From: Octopus sinensis
Taxonomy: Eukaryota
Direction of reading: 5' to 3'
DNA length: 64,000 nucleotides
Assembly (NCBI RefSeq): GCF_006345805.1
Contig: NC_043003.1
Coordinates: 86,366,001-86,430,000 of the forward strand
Positions 1 to 13,559 of the stretch are shown here, piece by piece. The number at the start of each line of letters is the position of its first letter. Within the stretch, counting starts at the first letter, position 1. A program made the position numbers and the translations under genes. Below the pieces are notes generated by a model, which was given only the letters and a program-made list of their open reading frames with translations, was not told the DNA's origin and searched no databases.

Positions 1-1020
1 AATCTTAAGGAGAACATAAGCTACGTTAACTCCCCGCCCCGTCTATCATAGATAGCGTATCCTACAGGATTTCATCACTATCCGCCAGTAAGGAAATAAT
101 CGAACGATACGCTGAATTGCACCCTACAACGCGCCGGTTATATGAATTCGATCGACTATATTGTGTGGAACAACACTTCCTCTACTAAACCCAGAACCAA
201 GAACACATCACCTTACCTCCATCGAATGAAGCTAAAAATATTCCCCATATTCCACCGTTCCACTATCTTCCTAAATTTCAGAGTGGTAGAAGACCTACCA
301 GGCACTCCTTCGATCCTAAGTCCGTCGCTGCCCACCGAAAGCAAAACCAGCGCGCACCTCCGAAACCCTATCTACACTCCGATGGTTCCCTTAATCGGAA
401 TAAACGGACAAGGACACGTGACGTTATCTCCTTCCACGCCTTCGCTTGTAATATCCGGACCCATGTACTCAAGCTCTTATTCGCTCTGCTCGAGAAACAT
501 TTTCCTCAGTCCAGCTCCATTAGAAAAATATTTAGCTCCCAATCTATAAAGTTTTCCTTCTCCACCACCACCACCACTAATATTGCCGGGGTAATCCGAC
601 ATCCTAACAAGAAACTCAGAAACTTACAATTAGCTAACCTTTATCATAATAACATAACTCACTCTAATTCCAAACCCATACCCGTAAACATGGAACACCC
701 CTAAACCTCCTTACCAACAATGACCCACATAGCACACAACCAAACTATAACTAATACAGACATAAAGAACGATAGTGATAATATCCTTAGATATGAAAAC
801 CACCATAAATTACATACTTCTGACGTCTCCCTTAAATCCCCCTCCCAATACTAATTCTAACGCTGCCACAGACAATGAACACAACACCGGACTTCACTAA
901 ATAACAATCACCGTAGAAATTCTTCTCCTGCACCCCTACGATCTTGTGCAGCCGTAGACATCCAGCCACCCATCCGTTAGATAATTGTATACAAATGCAC
1001 GTTATCAGCTGCCAATTCTA

Positions 1021-1069
<49 letters not shown>

Positions 1070-1070
<1 letters not shown>

Positions 1071-1469
1071 TAGCAGTATCGCCCGGCGTTGCTCGGGTTT
1101 GTAAGGGAAATAACTATATAAGCATTTTTAGAGAGTTATAGCCAAAAGATAGCAAAAAAATGCATTAAAAATGGAAAAAAATGATGGTAAATTTTTTTTA
1201 AATCGTTGACTCATCGTAGACATTTTTAGAGAGTTACTTCCCTTATATAATAGCGAACAAATGCATTAAAATGGAAAAAAATGATGGTAATTTTTTTTTT
1301 TAATCGTAGACTCATCGTAGACGCGCGGTAATACCCAGAAGGGCTCGATATGAATCACGACTATAAGATACCCGGTTTTGGTTAAACTGCACCGCAAAAT
1401 GTGGGAGTAGTTAGGAATCTAAATCGTAGGAGACAGACACTCACACAACTTCACTTTTATATATAAAGA
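1070..1469 (-). mobile_element. Non-autonomous Helitron
   Basis: Minus strand begins A|TCTTTATATATAAAAG and ends with the hairpin CCCGAGCAACGCCGGG followed by CGATACTG-CTAG|T: 5' TC, 3' hairpin + CTAG, inserted between A and T. It has an internal ~120-bp tandem repeat. Confidence 0.8.
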
Positions 1470-2175
1470 TATATATATATTTATTTTTATTTTTCCTACC
1501 TGTCATCCTTATCTTTTATATTTTATAAGTTCTCACAATTTTTTATCTCCACACATAACCCACCTACACAGGAAAATATACAAGTGCCCACCTACGCGTA
1601 CACATCTACTAGATTCTGCAGACGCGCGGCATATACGCGCGCTCGTGCTAATACCCACTCATAATTTTAGGCTTTAGCTACTACTACTACTATCTTCCAA
1701 TTCACTTACCTTCCATACATTTTAAAATTAATCTACTACTACCAGCTAGATAAACATAATTTAGGCCACTCTCTGACCAAAAATACATTAACTTCCACCT
1801 CCTCCCCTTCCCTCCCTTCAACCTATCCAATTCAAATACGACTTCTATACTTTCTTCTTTTGACTGTTTAAATGGATTTATAGAATGCTACAAAATGTTT
1901 ACTTATCTATCCTGCGAATGACTCCAGCCTATATTCATAAATACATTTCCCCAGCCAATTTCAATAGCAAACCTTCTCTCCCCACCCGCCGCACTTTACT
2001 CGTATTCTTCTTCTCCATAACAAACTTACCTATTCGCATATATATATATTTCTTTTATTTTTTTCTTCTTCACTAATGTTTTCCTCCCGAACTGTACTTC
2101 TACGTATTTCGAACGAATCCCCTGCGAATTAACGCGGGATCTCCAAACGTCAATGCAAACTTCATATACTCGATA

Positions 2176-2280
2176 GATCCTTGGCCTGAAGAGGAGTAAC
2201 TTGCGATCTACCTCTCGTTTGGATAATTACTACTTCCGAGATTCAGCAGGCTATGAAACATATGTAGCCTGATTTTGGGA
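2176..2280 (+). ncRNA. Possible degenerate type I hammerhead ribozyme at the 3' end of the PLE relic (second copy near 5340-5445)
   Basis: GGC-CTGAAGA (2186-2192)...GAAAC-ATAT-GTA-GCC (2255-2269); palindromic ACATATGT helix III and GGC/GCC helix I. Helix II does not close cleanly. Confidence 0.35.
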
Positions 2281-2282
2281 TA

Positions 2283-2326
<44 letters not shown>

Positions 2327-3259
2327 TGTATGGAGAAAGAGAGAAGACACACATACGCATGTATAGACACACGTAAGCGTTGGTGGAAGGAAAAAGAGTA
2401 TAAAATAAAATTGATGGAACGATGGACATGTATTTTTGGTATTTCAAATAATTTTCTATTATCTGATTGAATCTGGTATAGTGTCACGTTGATTCATTTC
2501 TAGATATAGATTTATATCAATCATTGAGGACTTGATGACAGTGGAAAATATTGTATCTCTATAAGTCTATTGGGCATAATAATCTTGAGATATGTTATTT
2601 ATTTTATGTTAGTCAGTGCACATATCAATTACATAGAGTCGACTTATTGATAATTCATTTTTAGTTTTAACAGGCTTAGGTTTTCTTTTGCTATGTTCGT
2701 ATGATTAACCTTTCAGTTATATGTCGTATCTTAGTTTTCTTTCTCCTTATTTATTTTACTTATTTACACTGTTAAATAAATATATACAAATATAACTGAA
2801 AAATGTTGAAGCGTACGAACTCGCTTCAATAAACTGTAAACTAATTTTGAAATTATAAACAATAAATTATTTGGTTATAAGAAGCAATATTTCATGTAAT
2901 AGAGCATTGTCGATGTGAGAACTGTTGCTGCTCATGTATTTTAATTTAACTTGAAAAAAAAAATGAACGAACTATTGAGTTTTGTTTAATGGCCTACCAA
3001 TGTATACTATGAGTTTCTTTGCCCTAGGAGTCGGGAAGACACTCGGCAAGAAATGGAAGCAAATTTGAAAGAAGAAAAAAAAGTAATAATAATAATAATA
3101 GCTTCGTGGGAGTTTACCATTCAAATAGAACATAAGAAGATATTGTAATAAGAAAACTTGAATTTGCTTTCTGAGTGATTCATCAAGTTCGAAGGATCAC
3201 TTTGGTAAAATGTTAGGACTTCTGTCATGTTGATAGAATGTGTGGGTCATCTTATGTGG

Positions 3260-4310
3260 GTAGACTTCGACAAAACCAAACTTTGTATCCGTACTATAAT
3301 CTTAAGGAGAACATAAGCTACGTCAACTCCCCGCCCCGTCTATCATAGATAGCGTATCCTACAGGATTTCATCACTATCCGCCAGTAAGGAATAATCGAA
3401 CGATACGCTGAATTGCACACTACAACGCGCCGGTTATATGAATTCGATCGACTATATTGTGTGGAACAACACTTCCTCTACTAAACCCAGAACCAAGAAC
3501 ACATCACCTTACCTCCATCGATGAAGCTAAAAATATTCCCCATATTCCACCGTTCCACTATCTTCCTAAATTTCAGAGTGGTAGAAGACCTACAGGCACT
3601 CCTTCGATCCTAAGTCCGTCGCTGCCCACCGAAAGCAAAACCAGCGCGCACCTCCGAAACCCTATCTACACTCCGATGGTTCCCTTATCGGAATAACGGA
3701 CAAGACACGTGACGTTATCTCTTCCACGCCTTCGCTTGTAATATCCGGACCCATGTACTCAAGCTCTTATTCGCTCTGCTCGAGAAACATTTTCCTCAGT
3801 CCAGCTCCATTAGAAAATATTTAGCTCCCAATCTATAAAGTTTTCCTTCTCCCCACCACTAGCACTAATATTGCCGGGGTAATCCGACATCCTAACAAGA
3901 AACTCAGAAACTTACAATTAGCTAACCTTTATCATAATAACATAACTCACTCTAATTCCAAACCCATACCCGTAACATGGAACACCCCTAAACCTCCTTA
4001 CCAACATGACCCACATAGCACACAACCAAACTATAACTAATACAGACATAAAGAACGATAGTGATAATATCCTTAGATATGAAACCACCATAAATTACAT
4101 ACTTCTGACGTCTCCCTTAAACCCCCCCCAATATTAATTCTAACGCTGCCACAGACAATGAACACAACACCGGACTTCACTAAATAACAATCACCGTAGA
4201 AATTCTTCTCCTGCACCCCTACGATCTTGTGCAGCCGTAGACATCCAGCCACCCATCCGTTAGATAATTGTATACAAATGCACGTTATCAGCTTCCAATA
4301 TTCTAACTAT

Positions 4311-4342
<32 letters not shown>

Positions 4343-5445
4343 CTAGCAGTATCGCCCGGCGTTGCCGGTGTTGTAAGGGAAATAACTATATAAGCATTTT
4401 TAGAGAGTTATAGCCAAAAGATAGCAAAAATGCATTAAAAATGGAAAAAAAATTATGGTAAATTTTTTTTTAATCGCAGACTCATCGTAGACGCGCGGTA
4501 ATACCCAGAAGGGCTCGATATGAATCACGACTATAAGATACCTGGTTTGGTTAAACTGCACCGCAAAATGTGGGAGTAGTTAGGAATCTAAATCGTAGGA
4601 GACAGACACTCACACAACTTCACTTTTATATATAATATATATATATTTATTTTTATTTTTCTACCTGTCATCCTTATCTTTTATATATTTATAAGTTCTC
4701 ACAATTTTTTATCTCCACACATAACCCACCTACACAGGAAAATATACAAGTGCCCACCTACGCGTACACATCTACTAGATTCTGCAGACGCGCGGCATAT
4801 ACGCGCGCTCGTGCTAATACCCACTCATAATTTTAGGCTTTAGCTACTACTACTACTATCTTCCAATTCACTTACCTTCCATACATTTTAAAATTAATCT
4901 ACTACTACCAGCTAGATAAACATAATTTAGGCCACTCTCTGACCAAAAATACATTAACTTCCACCTCCTCCCCTTCCCTCCCTTCAACCTATCCAATTCA
5001 AATACGACTTCTATACTTTCTTCTTTTGACTGTTTAAATGGATTTATAGAATGCTACAAAATGTTTACTTATCTATCCTGCGAATGACTCCAGCCTATAT
5101 TCATAAATACATTTCCCCAGCCAATTTCAATAGCAAACCTTCTCTCCCCACCCGCCGCACTTACTCGTATTCTTCTTCTCCATAACAAACTTACCTATTC
5201 GCATATATATATATTTCTTTTATTTTTTTCTTCTTCACTAATGTTTTCCTCCCGAACTGTACTTCTACGTATTTCGAACGAATCCCCTGCGAATTAACGC
5301 GGGATCTCCAAACGTCAATGCAAACTTCATATACTCGATAGATCCTTGGCCTGAAGAGGAGTAACTTGCGATCTACCTCTCGTTTGGATAATTACTACTT
5401 CCGAGATTCAGCAGGCTATGAAACATATGTAGCCTGATTTTGGGA
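3260..5445 (+). mobile_element. Second copy of the decayed PLE (within the tandem duplication)
   Basis: Near-identical to 1-2280, preceded by ...LYPYYNLKENISYVNS. Confidence 0.7.
4343..4636 (-). mobile_element. Non-autonomous Helitron, duplicated copy lacking one internal repeat unit
   Basis: CTAGCAGTATCGCCCGGCGTTGCC start on the + strand; same body as 1070-1469 but ~120 bp shorter. Confidence 0.7.
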
Positions 5446-5447
5446 TA

Positions 5448-5495
<48 letters not shown>

Positions 5496-6909
5496 TGTAT
5501 GGAGAAAGAGTGAAGACACACATACGCATGTATAGACACACGTAAGCGTTGGTGGAAGGAAAAAGAGTATAAAATAAAATTGATGGAACGATGGACATGT
5601 ATTTTTGGTATTTCAAATAATTTTCTATTATCTGATTGAATCTGGTATAGTGTCACGTTGATTCATTTCTAGATATAGATTTATATCAATCATTGAGGAC
5701 TTGATGACAGTGGAAAATATTGTATCTCTATAAATCTATTGGGCATAATAATCTTGAGATATGTTATTTATTTTATGTTAGTCAGTGCACATATCAATTA
5801 CATAGAGTCGACTTATTGATAATTCATTTTTAGTTTTAACAGGCTTAGGTTTTCTTTTGCTATGTTCGTATGATTAACCATTCAGTTATATGTCGTATCT
5901 TAGTTTTCTTTCTCCTTATTTATTTTACTTATTTACACTGTTAAATAAATATATACAAATATAACTGAAAAATGTTGAAGCGTACGAACTCGCTTCAATA
6001 AACTGTAAACTAATTTTGAAATTATAAACAATAAATTATTTGGTTATAAGAAGCAATATTTCATGTAATAGTGTATTTTTATTTGACGTAAATAATGTTG
6101 AAAGTTACATTTATACTTGCAAGTTTTTCAAAAATGATCTGTTATAAACAATATGTCTGGCTTCCTATAAGATGACTGATTGTCGAATTTGTTTGACACA
6201 TAGGTGAACATTATCTTGATGTAAAATGGATGAGTTGATACTGGAATAATTAGACTTCCAGGTGTGTCAACATTAAAAACCCGCTATATTTCATTGTTCC
6301 TATGCCAATTATTTAATTCTGTATTGCTTCACCTCTCTTAGTTATGGGAACTGAATACTCGGCTTGTCAGGAAATTTTATCTTTTGAGAGCACATTTAAC
6401 TACCATCAGCTTAAGAAGACGAAAACTGTGTTAAACATTGACAGTATAGAATTTGTAGCCGGGTTACTCAGACACGTGTATGAAATATCATGTAAATCAA
6501 GAAAAAAAGTATGTTTTATAGACAAAAAACATATTTCAATTTTTCTTTTAAATTAACGTCTATTTTAAACTTGGGCTAGAATGGAATTGAATTTACGTTT
6601 TATGAATGTCAATTTTATAACACAAAAAATGTATTTCGAATGATGAAGGAAATGTACGCTGTGCATGTAAGTATATATTTGAACATATACATATATTTCA
6701 GATATCATCAATAATAAATTTTAATGCGATTCAGATAAGGATTATTTGAATTTTGAAGTCTTCAATTTTGTATAGTGTCATATCATATTTACATATGTAT
6801 CTATCCCAATCACACGCACGCACTAACTTACACACATACGCAGACACACACGCATATGCACACACACACACACAATGTAGTTTATATATATACGACAGCC
6901 TTCTTTCAG

Positions 6910-6973
6910 CTTACGCCTAGCAAATCCACCTTCGAGGCTCTATTTGACTTGAGCTATAGCAGAAGATACTCAA
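6910..6973 (+). CDS. Candidate small exon of an unidentified host gene
   Basis: TTCTTTCAG acceptor and GTAAGT donor flank 64 nt with one open frame (LTPSKSTFEALFDLSYSRRYS). No recognised homology. Confidence 0.25.
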
Positions 6974-7743
6974 GTAAGTGAGATTAAACTGGATCCATGT
7001 TGTTAGGAAGCAACCTTCTTACAATGTAGCCAGGATTTCTCCTTGGTTTTTGTGTTCCAAATTATGAACTTGGATCATATTGATATGGAGTCATTCATAC
7101 TCCTGCAATACAGCCACTGTGGTTCTAGCCATTCTAATATTCACTAAGTTTCACCAAATTTAACAAAAGCACGAATTCAAGTCAATTTATATTGATTGGG
7201 TGTGGCATGCTGAAGGTAAGGGTCGGTGGGAGAGATCTACATATTAAATCAAACACATAAAATGGAAGAAGGAAGGAAGGGAGAGACGAGGTCAAGCAGA
7301 AGGCCTGAAATATACTTAAAATCTAACAGATCGAGAACTATGAGTTTAACGATAAATAAAAAAAATGTTGGGAACAAGTGGGAGTGATGTATCGGTTAGT
7401 TGGAGATTGAAGGAGAAGGAGGAAATAGCAAACGACAAGGTTAGGATAATGGTAATGATTTGATTTGTAGGAAAAATAGGATATGGAAAAGAACGATAGT
7501 GGGTCTAACTGGGTCAGTATTATGATATACAAAATATAAATCAATGATATAGTAATGTGAGTAATTTCATTGAAAAAAAATTATAATTCAAAATATGGAA
7601 GACTAAACAATAAAAAATTACATATATGACTTTGTGTGTATGCGTGAGTGTGTGTATGTGTGTGTGAGTGTGCGCGCATCGATCCAGCCATCCATATATA
7701 TATATAGAGAGAGAGAGAGAGGGGGAGAAAGAGAGAGAGAGAG

Positions 7744-7916
7744 AGACGATAAGAAAATGGAGAAATAAATAACAATGAGAAGTGGATCATTGGTGTTATA
7801 AAGCCATTAGTTAATTAATTAATTACTCTCATCTTAATTAATTAATTAAATAATGGCATTATAACACCAAAGATCCACTTCTTATTGTTATTTATTTATC
7901 CGTTTTCTTATCGTCT
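7744..7916. repeat. Fold-back (long inverted repeat) element
   Basis: ~65-bp arms AGACGATAAGAAAA(T/C)GGA(G/T)AAATAAATAACAAT(G/A)AGAAGTGGATC.. with ~5 mismatches around a TTAATTAA-rich spacer. Confidence 0.75.
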
Positions 7917-8081
7917 TTATATACATTAAGGTACGGCTTAACTTTTAAATTACCTACTACCGTATATCTTATAACAAGGACCATACATACTGAGGTAATT
8001 ACCAGGAGTGCCTCTGGATACATCCCTTAGATGGTTTTAATACCTCTAACTTATATCTTTTATATATATATATACATACAG

Positions 8082-8272
8082 ACATGACAGAAGTAAAAAC
8101 ACACCCTTATATTCGTTAAAATTAATTATCATAACATGAATATCTAAGGCTTGGGTGAGCTTCTTTTGTACGTGGCATGGTTAAACAGTCACATATAGAA
8201 CCTAAAACATATAAAATAAAGTTAAAATAAATATAAAACGATGTTTTATGGGGTGTCTATTTACTTCTGTCA

Positions 8273-8275
<3 letters not shown>
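8082..8275. mobile_element. MITE-like element with ~28-bp terminal inverted repeats
   Basis: ACATGACAGAAGTAAAAACACACCC ... GGGGTGTCTATTTACTTCTGTCATGT, flanked by TA/TG microsatellites. Confidence 0.65.
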
Positions 8276-8305
<30 letters not shown>

Positions 8306-8470
8306 GTGTGTGTATGTGTTTGTATTATGACTGATATAGCTGATTAAAAATGTTGAATGTAGCTAAGTCAAAAAAGCTAACAACAAGGAAAATATTACTT
8401 TAATAGCGAAATTTTGTTTCTTTAGGTACTTTCAACCGTGGGCTGTTACGTCCGTATATCAACATATAAA

Positions 8471-8640
8471 GGCGGTGAGCTTGCAGAATCGTTACTGTAC
8501 CGATAAAATGTTTTGTGGCATTTCATCCGTCTTTAGATTCTGAGATCAAATTCCGCCGAGGTTCATTTTTTCGGGGTCGATCAAGTAAGTGCAAGCTGAG
8601 CGTTGGTGTCGATGTAATCGAATATTTCCTCACCCAAGTT
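8471..8640 (+). mobile_element. tRNA-derived SINE (family B), degenerate
   Basis: GGCGGTGAGCTTGCAGAATCGTTA...TTCTGAGATCAAATTCCGCCGAGG matches the better copy at 60023-60255; a head-only copy lies at ~10766-10810. Confidence 0.75.
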
Positions 8641-11380
8641 TTCAAACCTTTTGCCTATTGTAGAAACGATTATATCAATGTATATTTCCGTATAGATGCA
8701 GGCTTATTTTTATAGTTCTTAGCTTGAACGCTGTCTTCTCTATAAGAAATTACACTCGAAATTTACTAAGGAGTAAATCTATTTTGGATGCAATATTTCT
8801 AACCAGAAATAGACCGACAAAAATTTCCTGTATTTCGTAAATTAATTCGCTTGTTAATGATGATGAAAATCAAATGGACAGAGCTATACAAAATTAATAG
8901 CATATTGCAGCCATTGCTGTCTTCGTCTGAGAGCTAGCCACTGTTGCATTTACATTTTCGGTTAAAATTAATAATCTTGATTTAATGTTCAACTATCAAA
9001 ATATTGTTTTGGATGAATAAGCTACTGTCTTCTGTAAAAAATGTTCACAAACAAATAAAAAGTGTATTTCAATGAATAATTTAAGACGTCTGTCTTTTCT
9101 CCGCTTAATAAGACCTGCCAGACATAAATTGTACTGTTATTTGCGGCTGAATTATTGTCAAATGCATTATAATATAGAAATGAATAAGCAATCTGTTTCT
9201 ATTCAGTGAAGATATGAAACTAATGTTGAATAACGTTTTACAAGTATAAAGCAATTTGTACTTTTGGCTGTGCAAATATTTCTGTAGCAATTAAGTTAAA
9301 TCTCTTATCTAAACGGACAATAAATGTTATTAATGTTTATTCGTCGATCATTCTTTTAGCAATACATCAATGGATTCCTATTGTTTATTAAATGTGGAAC
9401 GAAATATGATTTGCAGACTTTTAAATTAGTAGCCCTTTGCATTTATATCATGGCTTTCATAATTTTATTTTATTTCTAATGTAGTGAGCTGATACGACTA
9501 TACTAATTTGAATGACTATCATATACTCTAGAATTATAATTTTAATGAACAATCAATGGATTCTATGTTAAATACACAAAAATCTGTAATCTTCTGGTCT
9601 GTGCAGAGCCTTTTATCTACTCGCGCTCCCGCAACACATGTCCATTCACCCAAAGTTTTGCCATTCTCCTTATCATTTAAAAAAGCAGCGGTATCACCAC
9701 TCAAAATCACTTTGACCTGCAATCTGTTAATTCAATTCGTCCGATCACTATATACTTGACATCATACTGCAAGAGGCGTGTTTTTGTTTTACGCCATGAC
9801 TGCATCGTGGTGTAAAATGTTTTTTGCCATGCAATGCAGCTAATATTTCGTCTATACAGAAGCCAACCAACGTGAAATAGTAATCGCACTTTCGTAACAG
9901 AGCCTCTTCCTAACGCACTCTGCGTATTGATAAACGCTTTCATGTGCGCTATTCCGTCTCCACGTACATTACCATACGCGCATACTGAACGCCCATTTAT
10001 CACACACGAGAACTAAGCTTCATTAACACTATCCAGACAAGAGTACTTACGCAATTACTTACTCCCATAAAACATGCTTTCGCACACTGGTCTGCACACG
10101 TATAAAGCCTTATCTACACACAGAGAATACATTCTCACTACGACAGTAAGTTTTACTGACTAATAAAGGCTGACTTAGTACAACATTATCGATCACTTTG
10201 ATTTCGCTTCCTTTCTGATGCTTTAAGTATGTACACATGCATATATAATAATTTACACAAAACACTGACATGTGCGCGCGTATACACTCGCAAAAATAAA
10301 AGTATATATGCACACATCCACATATGTATGCATGTTTGTGTGTGGGCACGTAATTACCTGTGTATACCTGCATACGAAGCAGTTAACACAATTACAATTA
10401 TAAAAGCATTGCACGTATTATTTCATTTGTTTATTGGTTTAAATCACATGAAAACGGGCATTGAACTGCGCTGAAAATAATTATGGTGCTGAGAGTTCAC
10501 CTCCGCACTAGTCTATAGGATATTGTATAATGTAAAAACGGAAAAAATTTAATTGATTAATAGTACTCAAGTGCCGAAGAGAAAACAAATAATTAAATTA
10601 ATGTCTAATGTTATTTCAATGTGACTATGGCTGACGACTCCAGGCATATTCAGTCTCTATAGTTGCTAAATTAGTGATACGAGAACTGATAGACTAATAT
10701 ACAATAATCTACACGTGCATAGGTCTCTGAGTTATTTTACCTTCTTCTTATGGTAATCTTTGATAAAGCGGTGAGCTGGCTGATTTGTTAGCGCGATGGA
10801 CAAAATGCTCAGAGATCTCTCCTATTTCTTTACGTTATGCGTTCAAATTCCACTGAGGGCAACTTTGTTGTCCTTCCTTTCAGAATAGACAAAATAAGTA
10901 CTATTTGAGCATAGTAGTCGATGTTATTGACTAGCTCCATACCCCTAAAACCGCTGGCCTTGTGCCAAATTTCCAAACTATTATGATAATCCTTGATACA
11001 TAATCGTGCAAATTTTTGCACATGTAGTGAAAGCCACATATTTTTTTTAATTTTGTAACTACAAAGAAGGCTATGTTTCTAAACCAGTTAAAATACTGAA
11101 ACATATCCGAACATGTGAGGCGTTCTTCTTCAACAAATTTTTTCCTCACCATCATAGGCAATTCATTCCATCGCTTTTTCCCTCACTGCATTATGAACGC
11201 TGTTTCAACTTGAAATAACCAACCACACAACAAATATAATCAAAATACAAGTGTGAAAACATACAGTGGTGCTAATTAGAATACTTTCATTCTTTTGCTC
11301 CTTTTACTGGTTGGCCTGGGGCGTGCCATACGACTTCATTCACTATTGTTAGTCGATGATATGGCACGCAAAACGTAGGT

Positions 11381-11822
<442 letters not shown>

Positions 11823-12012
11823 TACCATTTAACGTACACCATATTAAAATAAAACCTACGGATAGTTTCATTCTGTGAAGACACGTAGCTAGATGGGATT
11901 TTATAGGGTCCCCTGTGACGTGACTTTAAGCAATTCCCGGGCTCTGACAAGGTGGTTTGTTTTGTTTGAAAATCAGTTATCTGGTACATGAGAAACCATA
12001 TAAATACCTTCT

Positions 12013-12050
<38 letters not shown>

Positions 12051-12714
12051 CGTGTGTGTACGTCTGTGTGCAAACTTATGTAAGATATATATGTATGTGT
12101 GTGTGCGTTTGTGTATATGTGCGTTTGTGTCTACATATTCATCTGTGCGCATTTGCATTTTTTTGTAGGTGTATGTATATATTAGTGTGTATTTGTGTAT
12201 ATGTGTACGCGGGTGTATGTTTATATGTGTATATGCATACATACTTGTAAATATATGTGTAGGTGTATGTGTATACGTATGTATATCCGTGTATGTATTT
12301 ACTTATGTATATACGTGAGAGTATTAACACGTGTGTGTGTGTCAAACTTTGCACAGACGTCTGTATCTAGCTTTACGTACAAATATATGTATATATTTAC
12401 CTATACTATGTACACATATTTGTGTATATATGCATGTGTTTACCTGCATATATGAGTTCCTATACATGTATATGTATGTATTCGTCCCTACGTGTGCGTA
12501 TGCGCGTGTATCTAGTTGTATGTATATACCCATATACTTGGATGTGCGTGTGTGAGCGCATTGACACTAAATTTTGTGTAATACATTGTAACGGCAAAGG
12601 GGCCAGAGTCATCTTATACAAAACTGTCTAACAGAGTTAAACATTCTTACTTTTAGTAGATAGTTTGACTTCGGCAATTGTATCAGTGTATCTTTCTGTG
12701 AAAATTATGTATAT

Positions 12715-12907
12715 GAGTGCTTTTTATTTTTTGGTCAAAGTATCCGATAGTAAACGCGATGTTTTTTGGGTAAGGGTAGCTCACATTAAGATTGCCTGCG
12801 TATGCTTGGAAAGTGTTGCCTAACTAAGGATAGGAAGTTCCTAGTTATGTTTATTCAGATATTTGAACTAAATGGGTGGGGTCTAAACAAGGTTATTTGT
12901 TTGCTTC
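12715..12907 (-). pseudogene. Decayed Naiad-type PLE linker fragment
   Basis: Minus strand RSKQITLFRPHPFSSNI*INITRNFLSLVRQHFP then NLNVSYPYPKNIAFTIGYFDQKIKK; same motif order as the linker of the young element. Confidence 0.65.
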
Positions 12908-13559
12908 TTTACTATCTTCCTGAGTGAGGTGAGATTTCATGATTTCTCATTAGAGCCACTTCTCTTCATTATAATCTTGCGTGTTAGTGATCACAACAAC
13001 AGAAGATGCGTGTGTGTGTATATGAGAATGGTGTGTGTGAAAATAGGGGCGAGTGAATCTGACATGTGTGAGTGTGTGCGTGCGTGCACGTGTGTGTGTA
13101 TGTAACCAAACAGTGTGCATGTGTATGGTGTATATATGTGGGCGAAAGTTATCTTTGTCTATGCATGTTGCGTGTGTTAATGTGAGTTGCGTGTGTGTGT
13201 GTGTGTATATAGCCTTTGTTAAGGTATCATGTGCTTGCGTGAGTGAGGGAGTATATATTATCTGTGTTCAGGTATTATATGCTTGTGTAGGTGTGGAAGT
13301 GTGCATGATGGTGCGTGGCGTGTGTACTCACTTAAACAGTGTGTGTGTGGCTAGTCATATAGTGGTATGGGTGGTGACACTATTGAAGATTGTGTGTGGG
13401 TGTGTGAATGATGGTGTGTGACGTGGATGCTGGGAAGTAGTTAGTGCTAGGATGTGTCGAGTGGTGTGGGGTTGGTATCAAATGAAGAGAAGAGGTAGGG
13501 TTGGTGTCAGATGAAGCGAGGAGGTGAGCTGACACATGTGAGCAAAGAGAGAAAATTAA

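Larger units (their letters stand above)
1..2280 (+). mobile_element. Decayed Penelope-like retroelement (Naiad-type), RT thumb/linker remnant plus 3' tail
   Basis: Frameshifted translation NLKENISYVNS / SIIDSVSYRISSLSAS / LQRAGY / DVISFHAFACNIRTHVLKLLFALLEKHFPQSSSIRKIFSSQSIKFSFSTTTTTNIAGVIRHPNKKL (1-625) parallels KLNENLRYINVNS..SLINNISKRIS..ALRGAGY..KIWLIVPYGDQVKTNI..NIFSFNNFGVGYSTTNNVGNIISSFNK of the young element at 41900-42610. The 3' extent is inferred. Confidence 0.75.
1..6071. repeat. Tandem duplication, unit ~3.2 kb (copy 1 runs from the window edge to 2902; copy 2 is 2903-6071)
   Basis: 1-2902 aligns to 3298-6071 (AATCTTAAGGAGAACATAAG at 1 and 3298; both copies end ...GCAATATTTCATGTAATAG). 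The copies differ by a few substitutions, many 1-nt indels and a ~120-bp deletion inside the Helitron. Confidence 0.9.
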
